NCBI GenBank assembly: GCA_965228855.1
Contig: CBDDIJ010000003.1
Coordinates: 1,280,001-1,344,000 of the forward strand
Source of the DNA: Candidatus Obscuribacterales bacterium
Lineage (GTDB): Bacteria > Cyanobacteriota > Vampirovibrionia > Obscuribacterales > Obscuribacteraceae
Length of the DNA: 64,000 bases
Reading direction: 5' to 3'
Made by a program: the position numbers and the translations under genes. The notes under the pieces are model-generated. The model saw nothing but the letters and a program-made list of their open reading frames with translations. It was not told where the DNA came from and ran no database searches. This document shows, piece after piece, positions 10,575-20,506 of the stretch (the stretch's first letter is position 1; each line of letters starts with the position of its first letter).

Positions 10575-10670
10575 GTTGTAACTCGTTTACAGAATCTGCA
10601 ATAAGTTAGGTTGCGCGGGTATTGATACCTTAGTAGAAACCTAATAACAGTAATTCCAGGTGGAGAGATT

Positions 10671-11051
10671 ATGAAAAAACAGGTATTAGCAATGGCTGCG
10701 GCAGCAGCGATAGCGATGGGTTCAACCGCCCCGGCAATGGCTGGTGACTCGCCGCTCGGTCAAGTTGGTTCCTTGATGGGCTCGACTTCGGCTGTCATCG
10801 TTGACACTCCGGAAGGTGTTCTTTGGCACTCTCTTTGGAACTGCCCATACAAAACACAACGTACGTTGGCTGAGCACTTCGGTGATTCCAACGGCATGGG
10901 CCAAAACCTCGTTGGCGCAGTACTAGGTATTCCAGTCGGATTCGTCTGGGGAATTCCGTACGGCGCAATCGCTGGTATGAAGCACGGTATGACCACGGGC
11001 TGGGACAAACCTTTCAGCACCGAGTCGTATCTCGTGATGGAAGAGAAGTAA
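10671..11051 (+). CDS. Secreted glycine-zipper protein, paralogue 2 of 4
   Basis: Signal peptide (APAMA), HGMTTGWDKPFS...MEEK. Confidence 0.85.
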   Translation: MKKQVLAMAAAAAIAMGSTAPAMAGDSPLGQVGSLMGSTSAVIVDTPEGVLWHSLWNCPYKTQRTLAEHFGDSNGMGQNLVGAVLGIPVGFVWGIPYGAIAGMKHGMTTGWDKPFSTESYLVMEEK

Positions 11052-11118
11052 GTACAGAAAATCACACTGATGTCGGGAGAAGCCAAGCTCCCGACGTCAT
11101 TTGGAGAGTGGGGGAAAA

Positions 11119-11523
11119 ATGACAAAGAAAACTCTAGGTCAAGTTATGCTGTCGTTGACGCTCCTCGCGTCGGCTGCAGCGCCAGCGATGGCCATTGATT
11201 ATGAAGCAAAACCCGTTATGTGGGTTCTGCAGGCTCCGTTCCGCACTGTTGGCGCAGTGACGGGCGCCGCTGTTTCCGGTGGCGTAAGCGGACCGATTGA
11301 CGATAGTTACCATTGGTTCCTAAAAGGTACCAACCATGTTGCCGGTAAATTCGGCGATGAAGAAGGTGCTGGACAAATTGCAGCAGCTGTTCCGATCGGT
11401 GGCTCCGTAGGGATGGTATTGGGCAGCGGTCATGGCGTTTACCGCGGTTTCTTCCATGGTTGGAAGAAGGGCTGGGAAAAGCCGCTTAGCCGTTGGTCCT
11501 ACATCACAATGGAAGAGAAATAA
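11119..11523 (+). CDS. Secreted glycine-zipper protein, paralogue 3 of 4
   Basis: Signal peptide (APAMA), KGTNHVAGKFGDEEG, HGWKKGWEKPLS...MEEK. Confidence 0.85.
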   Translation: MTKKTLGQVMLSLTLLASAAAPAMAIDYEAKPVMWVLQAPFRTVGAVTGAAVSGGVSGPIDDSYHWFLKGTNHVAGKFGDEEGAGQIAAAVPIGGSVGMVLGSGHGVYRGFFHGWKKGWEKPLSRWSYITMEEK

Positions 11524-11568
11524 GCCACGGTCGTACACATAAGTTTCTAGGAAAGATGGTGAATAGAA

Positions 11569-12018
11569 ATGCGTAAAAATGCACTATTGATGATGCTCAT
11601 TCTAGGGCTCACAATGGGTATGGCAGCTCCGAGCTTCGCATATCCAGAGCGTCCAGAATCAGCTCGCGTGATTTATGAAATGTGGTACTTCCCATGCCGC
11701 GTAGTCAGCATGGCAGCGACCACAGTTTGGGATGTTCCCACGGCTGCGTTCCAAGATGGAATCAAGGGCGCAATCGGCGGAACCAAGATGGTGGCTCGCA
11801 ACCTCGGCAAAGAAGACGGCGCGTATGAAACCGTTGCTGGCGCTCTTGTCGGAGCTCCTGTTGGATTGGTTGCTGGCGGACTCTACGGTGGACTCATCCA
11901 CGGACCGACATACGGCATGTATCACGGTTTCGTCGGATACCCGAGCCCCCACAGTGGCAGCCACAGCATGATCTTCCAAGGAAAAGGCTTCGTCGTTCCT
12001 TACGACGACAACTACTAA
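11569..12018 (+). CDS. Secreted glycine-zipper protein, paralogue 4 of 4
   Basis: Signal peptide (APSFA), YFPCRV, GTKMVARNLGKEDG, GxxxG runs. Confidence 0.85.
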   Translation: MRKNALLMMLILGLTMGMAAPSFAYPERPESARVIYEMWYFPCRVVSMAATTVWDVPTAAFQDGIKGAIGGTKMVARNLGKEDGAYETVAGALVGAPVGLVAGGLYGGLIHGPTYGMYHGFVGYPSPHSGSHSMIFQGKGFVVPYDDNY

Positions 12019-12059
12019 AGCCTGCGATCGACCGACCTAGAGTAACTTGGCTCGTAACG

Positions 12060-12100
12060 AGGATAAGCGACACCCCAGCGGTTCGCTTATCCTTTTGTTT
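12060..12100 (+). terminator. Intrinsic terminator closing the four-gene array
   Basis: Perfect 11-bp stem AGGATAAGCGA / TCGCTTATCCT followed by TTTGTTT. Confidence 0.8.
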
Positions 12101-12222
12101 GCGCCATTTTGCTCTTGTTGACTGCCTGGACTGTTAATTTTGAAGAAATCGCGCATGAGCGCTTGAGTGGATGCCTGTTGAGGGCATAGTAGAGACATGA
12201 TTGTGGCCGGGGAATCTTTTGA

Positions 12223-13524
12223 ATGGAGATTGCGAGGGACCGAAGAGCCGGAGCTAAACGGATTGGTGAGCTTCTGGTTGCGGCGGGTGTAATTAGACAA
12301 GAAGTTCTCGCTGAGGCGCTGCAGATCGCCAAGAAATCGAGCACGCCGGTTGGTCGCGTTTTGCTGACCATCGGCGAGTTGAGCGAGCGCGATTTGTTGG
12401 CTGCCATCGAAATTCAGTCGATGCTTCGCGAGAATCTTATTTCTAACGAATTTGGAATCCGGGCTCTATCGATTTGTATTACCAGCAAGGTTCCTCTCGA
12501 GGAGGCTTTTCGCCGGCTCGGGTTCAAAGCGCCTGCCGAACGGGAGGTTCTTGCCACAGGCGAACTTGGGGAAATGCTCATTGCTGCCGGAATAATCACA
12601 AAGCCGGTGCTTGAAGAATGTCTGCGTCAGAGTGAGGAGAACAATCTGCCGCTCGGACGCTGTCTCGTACTGGCACGAGCTGTTTCATCCAATCTTTTGA
12701 CCTCGGCTCTCACTGCGCAGGTGCTGGTGCGGGACGGCAAGATTACTTACGACCAGGCGGTCGCTGGTCTCCAGGCGGCGTACCGGAAGCAGCAAACGAT
12801 CGAGGTGTCGCTTTCAGAGAGTGGCGCTCTGCGTGTCCAACAGGAAGATAAGTCGGTTAAGGTCGGAGATCTCCTCACTAAAGCTGGTTTGGTTTCCGAA
12901 AGCGATAAGGTTTCGGCAATCGAAAAAGGACTCGTCGAAAACATTCCGGTCGGCCAGGTTTTTGTCCAACTTGGAATGGTATCGCCAACGGTGCTGGATG
13001 AAGCACTGAAATTGCAGCGACAAGTCAATGAGGGCACCGTAAGTATCCTTCAAGCCGCCGAAATACTTCGGCAGGCGAATACTCGCGGCGTGCCGGTCGA
13101 CGTCGTGATGAACGAGAAATCAAACAAAACTCAGGAGGCGGACAACCTCAATCGGATGATGGCGCTTATCAAGAAAGCGGAGTTGATTGGACCGACAGAA
13201 ATGCAACGCGCGGAAGTGCTGGCACGCGACCTGAAGATGAGTTTGGGCGAGATTATAATTTCCAAAGACCTTATGCCAAACAAATTGATTGAAGCAACTC
13301 AACAGGCGAAGAAACTGATTGATGATGGTATCGTTTCCGAGGCGCATGGCATAAAAATCTTGATCTTTTGCAAACGTTCGGGTGTGATTTTCAACGAAGC
13401 CCTCAAATCAGTTCCTCCTGACCTTGAACATGAAGACCTTGATGATGTCGATATAAATGATGATAAGGAAGAAAACAAAGGTGGCTTCCTTGGTGGCATC
13501 TTCGGAATGTTCAAGAAAAAATAG
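12223..13524 (+). CDS. Stand-alone multi-MshEN (putative c-di-GMP-binding) repeat protein
   Basis: RIGELLVAAGVI, LGEMLIAAGII and VGDLLTKAGLV modules; no ATPase domain. Confidence 0.8.
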   Translation: MEIARDRRAGAKRIGELLVAAGVIRQEVLAEALQIAKKSSTPVGRVLLTIGELSERDLLAAIEIQSMLRENLISNEFGIRALSICITSKVPLEEAFRRLGFKAPAEREVLATGELGEMLIAAGIITKPVLEECLRQSEENNLPLGRCLVLARAVSSNLLTSALTAQVLVRDGKITYDQAVAGLQAAYRKQQTIEVSLSESGALRVQQEDKSVKVGDLLTKAGLVSESDKVSAIEKGLVENIPVGQVFVQLGMVSPTVLDEALKLQRQVNEGTVSILQAAEILRQANTRGVPVDVVMNEKSNKTQEADNLNRMMALIKKAELIGPTEMQRAEVLARDLKMSLGEIIISKDLMPNKLIEATQQAKKLIDDGIVSEAHGIKILIFCKRSGVIFNEALKSVPPDLEHEDLDDVDINDDKEENKGGFLGGIFGMFKKK

Positions 13525-13559
13525 ATTATTACGCACGTACTCTGGTCTCAACTTTTGCG

Positions 13560-16100
13560 ATGGCCGATAGCAAGCAAAACCGGTGTCCACGCTGCGGCGC
13601 TCCCAAGACAACGGATGCCACCGGAAGCTTGACACAGTGGATTGCAGTTTGTCGTTGCGATATGAAAGCGCTTGCACCGATAGATCATGCGGAGACGATG
13701 CACTTTTGCGCAACTTGCGGCAAGCGTATCAACCCTGGGCGAGCCGGCAGTCTAACTCAATGGATTTTGCGCGGGGACATCTGTAGTTGCCAGAATCCTG
13801 CGCCGACTGTTTTCGGTCAGGGAAAACTTGGTGGCCGAGGTATGATGGGGCGGCCTGCTGCCTCACAGGCGGGCGCCTCAGACGACGCAGGAATGGCGGT
13901 TGTCGGTGGTTTAGAACCGGAACCCGAGCTGGAGGTTTCCCCAGAGTCATTTCCGCGAGAAAGGTACAAGGCGCTGGAACTAATCGGCGAAGGAGGTAGC
14001 GGTCGAGTGTATCGTTGCCTGGACAGGCTTCTCGAAAACCAGGTCGCCATTAAACTTTTGCTGTCGTTGAGTAGAGAGCAGGTAATTAGCTTCCAGAAAG
14101 AGGCTAAAGCCGGCTCGGTACTCCAACATGAGGGACTGGTGTCGGTTCGGGATTTCGGTGTCACCGCCAGTGGTGCACCATTTATGGTCATGGATTTCGT
14201 GCCGGGCATAAGTCTGGACAGATACATCGAACAGGAAGGACCTCTGACCGAGATTGAAGCAGTTGATGTTTTCTCGAAGGTCGCCGATGCGTTGTCTTAC
14301 GCTCACCAGAAAAATATTTTTCATCGCGATATGAAGACTTCTAACATCATAGTGTCACTGGGCAAAGATAACGAAGCAGTTGCAAATGTGATCGATTTCG
14401 GGATATCCAGTTTTTCTCAAGAGCAGACCATGGTCAGTGGCAACACTCTGACCGGCACGCCTGCATACATGCCACCGGATCAAGCAAGCGGCCTGCCATT
14501 CGACGCGCGCTCGGAGGTATACGCTCTTGGTTGTGTAATTTTCGAGGCACTGACCGGTCAGGTTCCATTCAGCGGTGATACTGCTCTTGCTACTATCGGA
14601 ATGCATGCAAACAAGCCTGCTCCCAGACTTGTCGATATGGCGGAGCATATCCAGTTTTCTGAAAAATTCGAGAACATTGTCGCTCGCTGCCTTGCAAAAA
14701 ATCCTGAGAATCGTTTTCAATCCATGCAAGCGCTTCGCGAGGCGCTTTTACGTGAGCCGGACGATCTGTCAGTTTCTGATGCTGGCGCAGCATCGTCACT
14801 CTTTGCCTTGCCGGAACGAGCGGAACATTTCGCAGGTGGAAGTGGTGCGGACAAAAAGGTTTTGATGATTGCGTTTGGTGTGATCGCCGTCCTAGTCCTT
14901 TTCGTCGTTGGCTTGTGCGGACTCGTTAATGTAATTGCGTCCAGGTCGCCCGAGAACGAAATGAAAATTAAGTCGTCTATGGACGACACCGATATGACAG
15001 AGTTCACCGCGGCGGTGAGGAAACACATCGACGATAGCGTTATAAATGATACGGAGCGCGTGCAGTGGAAAGGCCCTGGCGTTGTCAAAATTCGCGATGG
15101 CATTGATCAAGACATCAATTATCTTCTTACTCAAAAGGAGCAGCCGCTCAGTGTCGTCAATATGGTGGGCGGAAACTTCTCTGATGAAGCTTTAAAAAGT
15201 ATCTCTCGTCTACCGCTGGCTGTCTGGTTTGTGACCGATGTTGATTTTTCGAATGTGGGCGAAATGAAAATGAATAAATTGAAGTACGCTAATTTTACTG
15301 CGTGCAAGTTTCCGCAGAATAATCCATTTAAAATGCTTGACGGTTCACCGTTGAAGTCGCTAGTGATAAGCAATTCAGTGATTGATAACAGCGCCTTTGA
15401 AACGCTTCAGCATCTCAAGCAGCTTACGCATCTGTCTTTGCACGGCTGTGCCGGCGTCACTGATGGTTGGCAAAATGGCGTTAATCTCGTCAACGCCTCC
15501 TGGCTCGCTAAGAACTTTTCCACCTATCCCGAGAAAGGGCTCAGACATCTAACGGGGCTTCCTCATCTGACAGCATTGAGTCTCAGTTCCGACTGTTTGA
15601 ACGATGAGCAGTTCGATCAACTCTCCAAATTGAAGCTGGATTCATTACTACTTGTTGGTGGTAAGCGTGTCTCCAATGAGAACCTGAAGAAGCTTTCAAA
15701 CTCGCCCGATCCGGACTTCAAATTGTCATTCAAGTTTGATTGCATCGATATGAAATCGTTTAGGGCATTGTCCGGACGCAAATGGAAACAACTAGGATTT
15801 TACGAAACTAACCTTCGGGATGCGGATGTAGAGCGCCTGGCAGTATTGGATTGCGACGAATTTATTTTTGACGAACCAAGCATTACGTTCTCAGGAATAT
15901 CAAAGCTAATGAAGATGCGTCCTTTGAAGTTGTTATCGCTGGGCAAACTTTGCACGAATTTTAGCCGAGATCAAATGTTTGAAGTTCAGAAACTTCAACC
16001 GAATTGCGTTGTGAGATATGCAAACGAGCACGGCGACCTGGTTGAATTGCGCAACAAAGGACAGACCATGCAGCGCCTTCCCGAGTCACTGCAACAATAA
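13560..16100 (+). CDS. Ser/Thr kinase with N-terminal Cys-rich repeats, TM helix and LRR-like C-terminus
   Basis: GEGGSG, VAIK, HRDMKTSN, DFG; one TM helix; LxxLxL repeats. Confidence 0.9.
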   Translation: MADSKQNRCPRCGAPKTTDATGSLTQWIAVCRCDMKALAPIDHAETMHFCATCGKRINPGRAGSLTQWILRGDICSCQNPAPTVFGQGKLGGRGMMGRPAASQAGASDDAGMAVVGGLEPEPELEVSPESFPRERYKALELIGEGGSGRVYRCLDRLLENQVAIKLLLSLSREQVISFQKEAKAGSVLQHEGLVSVRDFGVTASGAPFMVMDFVPGISLDRYIEQEGPLTEIEAVDVFSKVADALSYAHQKNIFHRDMKTSNIIVSLGKDNEAVANVIDFGISSFSQEQTMVSGNTLTGTPAYMPPDQASGLPFDARSEVYALGCVIFEALTGQVPFSGDTALATIGMHANKPAPRLVDMAEHIQFSEKFENIVARCLAKNPENRFQSMQALREALLREPDDLSVSDAGAASSLFALPERAEHFAGGSGADKKVLMIAFGVIAVLVLFVVGLCGLVNVIASRSPENEMKIKSSMDDTDMTEFTAAVRKHIDDSVINDTERVQWKGPGVVKIRDGIDQDINYLLTQKEQPLSVVNMVGGNFSDEALKSISRLPLAVWFVTDVDFSNVGEMKMNKLKYANFTACKFPQNNPFKMLDGSPLKSLVISNSVIDNSAFETLQHLKQLTHLSLHGCAGVTDGWQNGVNLVNASWLAKNFSTYPEKGLRHLTGLPHLTALSLSSDCLNDEQFDQLSKLKLDSLLLVGGKRVSNENLKKLSNSPDPDFKLSFKFDCIDMKSFRALSGRKWKQLGFYETNLRDADVERLAVLDCDEFIFDEPSITFSGISKLMKMRPLKLLSLGKLCTNFSRDQMFEVQKLQPNCVVRYANEHGDLVELRNKGQTMQRLPESLQQ

Positions 16101-16135
16101 TGAGGACGGATTCCAGAGCCGGCGGAGATTGCGAT

Positions 16136-17185
16136 CTAGTTGGCTGGCGCAGCCGTGTGCGTGGGTCTGGCGCCTGCAAGACAGCAGGTGGGGGCACATT
16201 GTTCTTCGACCAAGCCCATCATCCCAATAACCTTAGGAGTCGCGCCTTCGGTTTTCTCCAGTATCAGATCGCGAATCATATTGACGAAGGCTGGGTGCGT
16301 GCCGGCTGTGGCAGCTCGAATCATGTTTAAACCGATCTCTTCAGAAAGTTCTTTCGCCTGCGTATCGATGTCGAATATCACTTCGAGATGATCGCAAATA
16401 AAACCCACTGGCAGAACGACAACATCCGTATAGCCACTAGCCTTAAGTTCTTTCAAATAGTCACAGATATCTGGCACCAGCCATGGTTGCGTCGGCGGTC
16501 CTGAGCGACTCTGAAAAACCAACTCCCAATCGTCGTGATGTACTTGCTCACATATCAGGCGGCTCGTCTCTCTGAGCTGTTTCTCGTATCCGCAGCTTTC
16601 CGCCATCGATGTAGGGATGCTATGTGCGCTGAACACGACTTTAGCTTTTTCGCGTCTGTCTGTATCCAGCTGATAGAGAGCGGTCGAGAGATGGTCGACG
16701 TTGGCTGTAATAAAACCGGGGTGATTGAAAAATATACGCAGTTTTTCGATCACGGGCGCATCATCACCGACCTTCGATCGCGCCTCATCTATGTTCTCAC
16801 GATACTGCCGGCAGCCGCTGTAGGAGCCGTATGCCGAGGTTATGAATGCGAGCGCTTTTTTGATACCATCGTCTCGCATCTTGCCAATCGTGTCTTCCAG
16901 CATGGGATGCCAGTTGCGATTTCCCCAGTAGACCGGCAGATCCGGACCGTTCTCTTTCAGAACCGCTTGTAATGCTGCTATGAGGTCGCGGTTGTGCTGA
17001 TTGATCGGGGAAACTCCGCCGAATTGGTCGTAATGCGTCGCCACCTCGGCCATTCGCTCAGGGGGGACGTTTCGCCCTCTGAGCACATTAGTTAAAAATG
17101 GAATTACATCCTCGGGACCTTCGGGTCCGCCGAAGGATACGAATAGGATTGCGTCGTAATCGGTCACCATGAGTGCTACCTTCAC
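16136..17185 (-). CDS. hemH: Ferrochelatase
   Basis: SFGGPE, GGVSPIN, FSAHSIP, FQSRSG..PWL, GFICDHLEV. Confidence 0.95.
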   Translation of the reverse strand: MKVALMVTDYDAILFVSFGGPEGPEDVIPFLTNVLRGRNVPPERMAEVATHYDQFGGVSPINQHNRDLIAALQAVLKENGPDLPVYWGNRNWHPMLEDTIGKMRDDGIKKALAFITSAYGSYSGCRQYRENIDEARSKVGDDAPVIEKLRIFFNHPGFITANVDHLSTALYQLDTDRREKAKVVFSAHSIPTSMAESCGYEKQLRETSRLICEQVHHDDWELVFQSRSGPPTQPWLVPDICDYLKELKASGYTDVVVLPVGFICDHLEVIFDIDTQAKELSEEIGLNMIRAATAGTHPAFVNMIRDLILEKTEGATPKVIGMMGLVEEQCAPTCCLAGARPTHTAAPAN

Positions 17186-17261
17186 CAGGGAAACTGTTGC
17201 AGCTTCTGGGTTTCTAAGCCTCCCATACTAGGCTGCTGGCGTGAACTTCGGGTGAATCGCG

Positions 17262-18845
17262 CTACACCTTTTTGACGAGATTCTCCCAATACTTGTCTCG
17301 AAGCGCCTTTTTGAAAATCTTACCGCTGCCAGTCTTTGGAAGTTCGTCTACGAATTCAACTGATTTTGGCGCTTTGTAGTGAGCCAGACGCTGTTTTACA
17401 AAATCGATGATATCGTCTTCGGTCGCTTCGATTTTTCCGTGCCGAACTATAACAGCTTTTATCGACTCACCCCACTTTTCATCAGGGATTCCAAAGATTG
17501 CGCACTCGAAGACTGCCGGGTGTTCGTACAAAACGTGTTCTACTTCCGTTGAGTACACGTTTTCGCCGCCGGTAATGATCATGTCCTTTTTGCGATCTAC
17601 GATGTTCAAGTATCCATCATTATCTACGACGGCGAGGTCACCAGTGTAAATCCAACCGTTTTTGATCGTGTCGGCGGTGATTTCCGGCTTGTTCCAATAG
17701 CCCTTCGTGACATTCGGACCTCGCGCAATAATTTCACCGACGTCTTCGCTGTTGCGCCTTACGTCCTTGCCGTCCGGATCTACGACTCTCACATCCACGC
17801 CTATGAAGGGGCGTCCCGTCTTCGCCTTTAATTCGAGCAACTTATGTTCGGGCAAATTCTTATGGCTGTCCATCGGAAGAGAGATAGTTAAAAACGGGCT
17901 GGTCTCTGTCATTCCATAGAACTGCGCATAATCACAACGAAACACTTCAGCGACCTGACGCACCAGTTCTGGTGCCACTGGCGAACCGGCGGTGAGAATA
18001 TACCTTAAACTGTTGTATGTGTACTCCCAGACGTTGTGAGCTTCTAGCAATGTATTCAGCATCGTGGGTACAAGAGCCGTCATGGTCACGTTCTCGCGCT
18101 CAATAGCCTGCATGACTTCGGTAGGCTTGAACTGGGGCAGAAAAACGTGCTTCCCTCCAGCCCAGGTGATAGCCCATATCGCCCAGGCGTCGACAAGGTG
18201 AAACATCGGGGCTACGTGCAACCAGACGTCCGAATCCCTGATGTTCAGTTCCGATACTGCTCCAAGCGCGTTGAACGCCGCATTCATCTGGGTCAGCATG
18301 ACTCCTTTGGCTGTTCCTGTGGTGCCACTTGTGTAGTACAACTGCGCAAGGTCATCACTGGTGGCAACAGGTTCTGGCAACGAAGCGCCCCATTTTGACA
18401 TCAAGAACGGCTCATACTTTTGCGAGTCGGTCGACAGTGCTGGCGGTGCTCCGGCACCCAGCCATAAAATCTGCTTGACAGTCGGGGCACCGGCATCGAA
18501 GACCGCTTTGATCTGCTGGCCGAATTCAGTGTGACCCACGAAAATCTTGGCATCGGAGTCTTTAAGAATGGCCCGTATCTCTTCTGTTTTCAATCTGTAA
18601 TTCAAAGGGTTTAAAACTGCTGCCATAAAGGACGCGGCATAGTAGAGTTCCAAGTATTCGTGGCAGTTCAACGTCATGCAGGCGATTACATCGCCCTTCT
18701 TCACACCAGCCTCAGATAGAGCTGCGATCAGAGCTGCGACACGTTTGCCAAGCTCTTCGTAGTTCATTTTCTTTTGACCGTCTGCGATAGCTTCGCGTTC
18801 CGGCCAGAGCGCGACGGCGCGCATCAACGATTGGTTTAGATGCAT
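17262..18845 (-). CDS. Long-chain acyl-CoA ligase (AMP-binding)
   Basis: YTSGTTGTAKG, YGMTET, TGDL, RKKDMIITGGENV, LPKTGSGK. Confidence 0.93.
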   Translation of the reverse strand: MHLNQSLMRAVALWPEREAIADGQKKMNYEELGKRVAALIAALSEAGVKKGDVIACMTLNCHEYLELYYAASFMAAVLNPLNYRLKTEEIRAILKDSDAKIFVGHTEFGQQIKAVFDAGAPTVKQILWLGAGAPPALSTDSQKYEPFLMSKWGASLPEPVATSDDLAQLYYTSGTTGTAKGVMLTQMNAAFNALGAVSELNIRDSDVWLHVAPMFHLVDAWAIWAITWAGGKHVFLPQFKPTEVMQAIERENVTMTALVPTMLNTLLEAHNVWEYTYNSLRYILTAGSPVAPELVRQVAEVFRCDYAQFYGMTETSPFLTISLPMDSHKNLPEHKLLELKAKTGRPFIGVDVRVVDPDGKDVRRNSEDVGEIIARGPNVTKGYWNKPEITADTIKNGWIYTGDLAVVDNDGYLNIVDRKKDMIITGGENVYSTEVEHVLYEHPAVFECAIFGIPDEKWGESIKAVIVRHGKIEATEDDIIDFVKQRLAHYKAPKSVEFVDELPKTGSGKIFKKALRDKYWENLVKKV

Positions 18846-19075
18846 GAGTTGTCAATGTCCGATTGAAGGGCGTAGAAAGGGAATTTTAGACTTAATGCAG
18901 TCTGTTTGTTCGCGGATTGAAGAAAGTCATTAGTATTTAATGATCATTGCCAGCCGTGCGGTTTTCAGCTGGTATCCTATGCAGATACCGCGATTCACGC
19001 CCCGCCGGGCGACTCGAGCGGATCGTCAGCTTAGGCTGCGCGATTAGTATTACAACGGGTAGAAGGTGTTCGAAA

Positions 19076-20335
19076 ATGAGTCAAGTAAAAGAGAAAATGT
19101 ATAACGGAATCAAAGTCCCGGAAGGCGAGATCGTCAAATTCCAAGACGGCAAACCGGTCGTTCCGGCAAAGCCGATTATTCCGTTTATCGAAGGCGACGG
19201 CACCGGCCGCGACATCTGGAAAGCTTCGAAACTGGTATTTGATGCAGCCGTGAAAAAAGCATACAAAGGCGAGCGCGAAATCGCTTGGTTTGAAGTTCTT
19301 GCTGGCGAGAAAGCATTCGACCAAACTAAAGATTGGCTTCCGCAAGACACCATCGCAGCCCTCAAAGAATTCGGCGTTGCCATCAAAGGACCGCTCACGA
19401 CACCCGTTGGTGGTGGCATTCGTAGTTTGAACGTTTCGCTCCGTCAAATTTTCGATCTCTATGCTTGCGTCCGTCCAGTCAAATGGTATACCGGTGTGCC
19501 ATCGCCCGTGACATCACCTGAAAAACTAGATGTCGTCATCTTCCGCGAAAACACCGAAGACGTATACGCGGGAATCGAGTATCCATCGGGTTCTCCTGAA
19601 GCTAAGAAAATAATCGAAGCAATCGAAAGCGTTAGTCCGGACAAAAAGATTCGTCCGGACTCCGGCATCGGTATCAAGCCGGTTTCAAAAACCGGTTCGC
19701 AACGACTCGTTCGTCGCGCTATCGAGTACGCAATCGAACACAACAAACCATCAGTGACCTTGATGCACAAAGGAAACATCATGAAGTTCACCGAAGGCGC
19801 ATTCAAGGATTGGGGCTACGAAGTAGCGGAGAAAGAATTCGGCGATAAGACCATCTCCGAGGAAAAGCTCTGGGCTGAACACGACGGCAAAATGCCTGCC
19901 GGCAAGGTTCTTATCAAAGACCGGATCGCCGATTCGATGTTCCAACAAATCTTGTTGAGACCTGATGAGTACTCAGTAATCGCAACCACTAACTTGAACG
20001 GTGACTATCTTTCCGATGCTTGCGCTGCTCAAGTCGGCGGGCTCGGAATCGCTCCTGGTGCCAACATCGGTGACAATTGCGCAATCTTCGAAGCTACCCA
20101 CGGTACCGCTCCGAAGTACGCAGACAAAGACGTAATCAATCCAGGTTCCGTAATTCTGTCAGGCGTCATGATGTTTGAGTTCCTCGGCTGGACCGAAGCC
20201 TCTGAGATGATCAAAGCGGCTCTCGCGAAGACCATCCAACAGAAGAAAGTAACGTACGACATGGAACGTTTGATGACCGGAGCAACCAAAGTAAAAACTT
20301 CGGAATTTGCTCAGCACATCATCGAAAACATGTAA
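19076..20335 (+). CDS. icd: NADP-dependent isocitrate dehydrogenase
   Basis: [46 protein letters not shown] 19076 is the likely start. Confidence 0.97.
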   Translation: MSQVKEKMYNGIKVPEGEIVKFQDGKPVVPAKPIIPFIEGDGTGRDIWKASKLVFDAAVKKAYKGEREIAWFEVLAGEKAFDQTKDWLPQDTIAALKEFGVAIKGPLTTPVGGGIRSLNVSLRQIFDLYACVRPVKWYTGVPSPVTSPEKLDVVIFRENTEDVYAGIEYPSGSPEAKKIIEAIESVSPDKKIRPDSGIGIKPVSKTGSQRLVRRAIEYAIEHNKPSVTLMHKGNIMKFTEGAFKDWGYEVAEKEFGDKTISEEKLWAEHDGKMPAGKVLIKDRIADSMFQQILLRPDEYSVIATTNLNGDYLSDACAAQVGGLGIAPGANIGDNCAIFEATHGTAPKYADKDVINPGSVILSGVMMFEFLGWTEASEMIKAALAKTIQQKKVTYDMERLMTGATKVKTSEFAQHIIENM

Positions 20336-20397
20336 TCAGGTTTAATTACTTGATTGCTCGAAGCATCGAGAAATCACAGTGAAAGCAAACCTACGAG

Positions 20398-20427
20398 AGG
20401 GCGGCCGATGGTCGCCCTTTTGCTTTT
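20398..20427 (+). terminator. Intrinsic terminator after icd
   Basis: AGGGCGGCC-GAT-GGTCGCCCT followed by TTTGCTTTT. Confidence 0.75.
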
Positions 20428-20506
20428 GGATTTGCAACATCAGTGAACTTTTGCGCTACTTTGTTGATACTAGTGAGCTACTGCGAATCCCGTCACCGGA
20501 GTTGAT

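Noticed and set aside
18947..19075. Extended N-terminus of icd
   Set aside because: Homology and the RBS point to ATG 19076.
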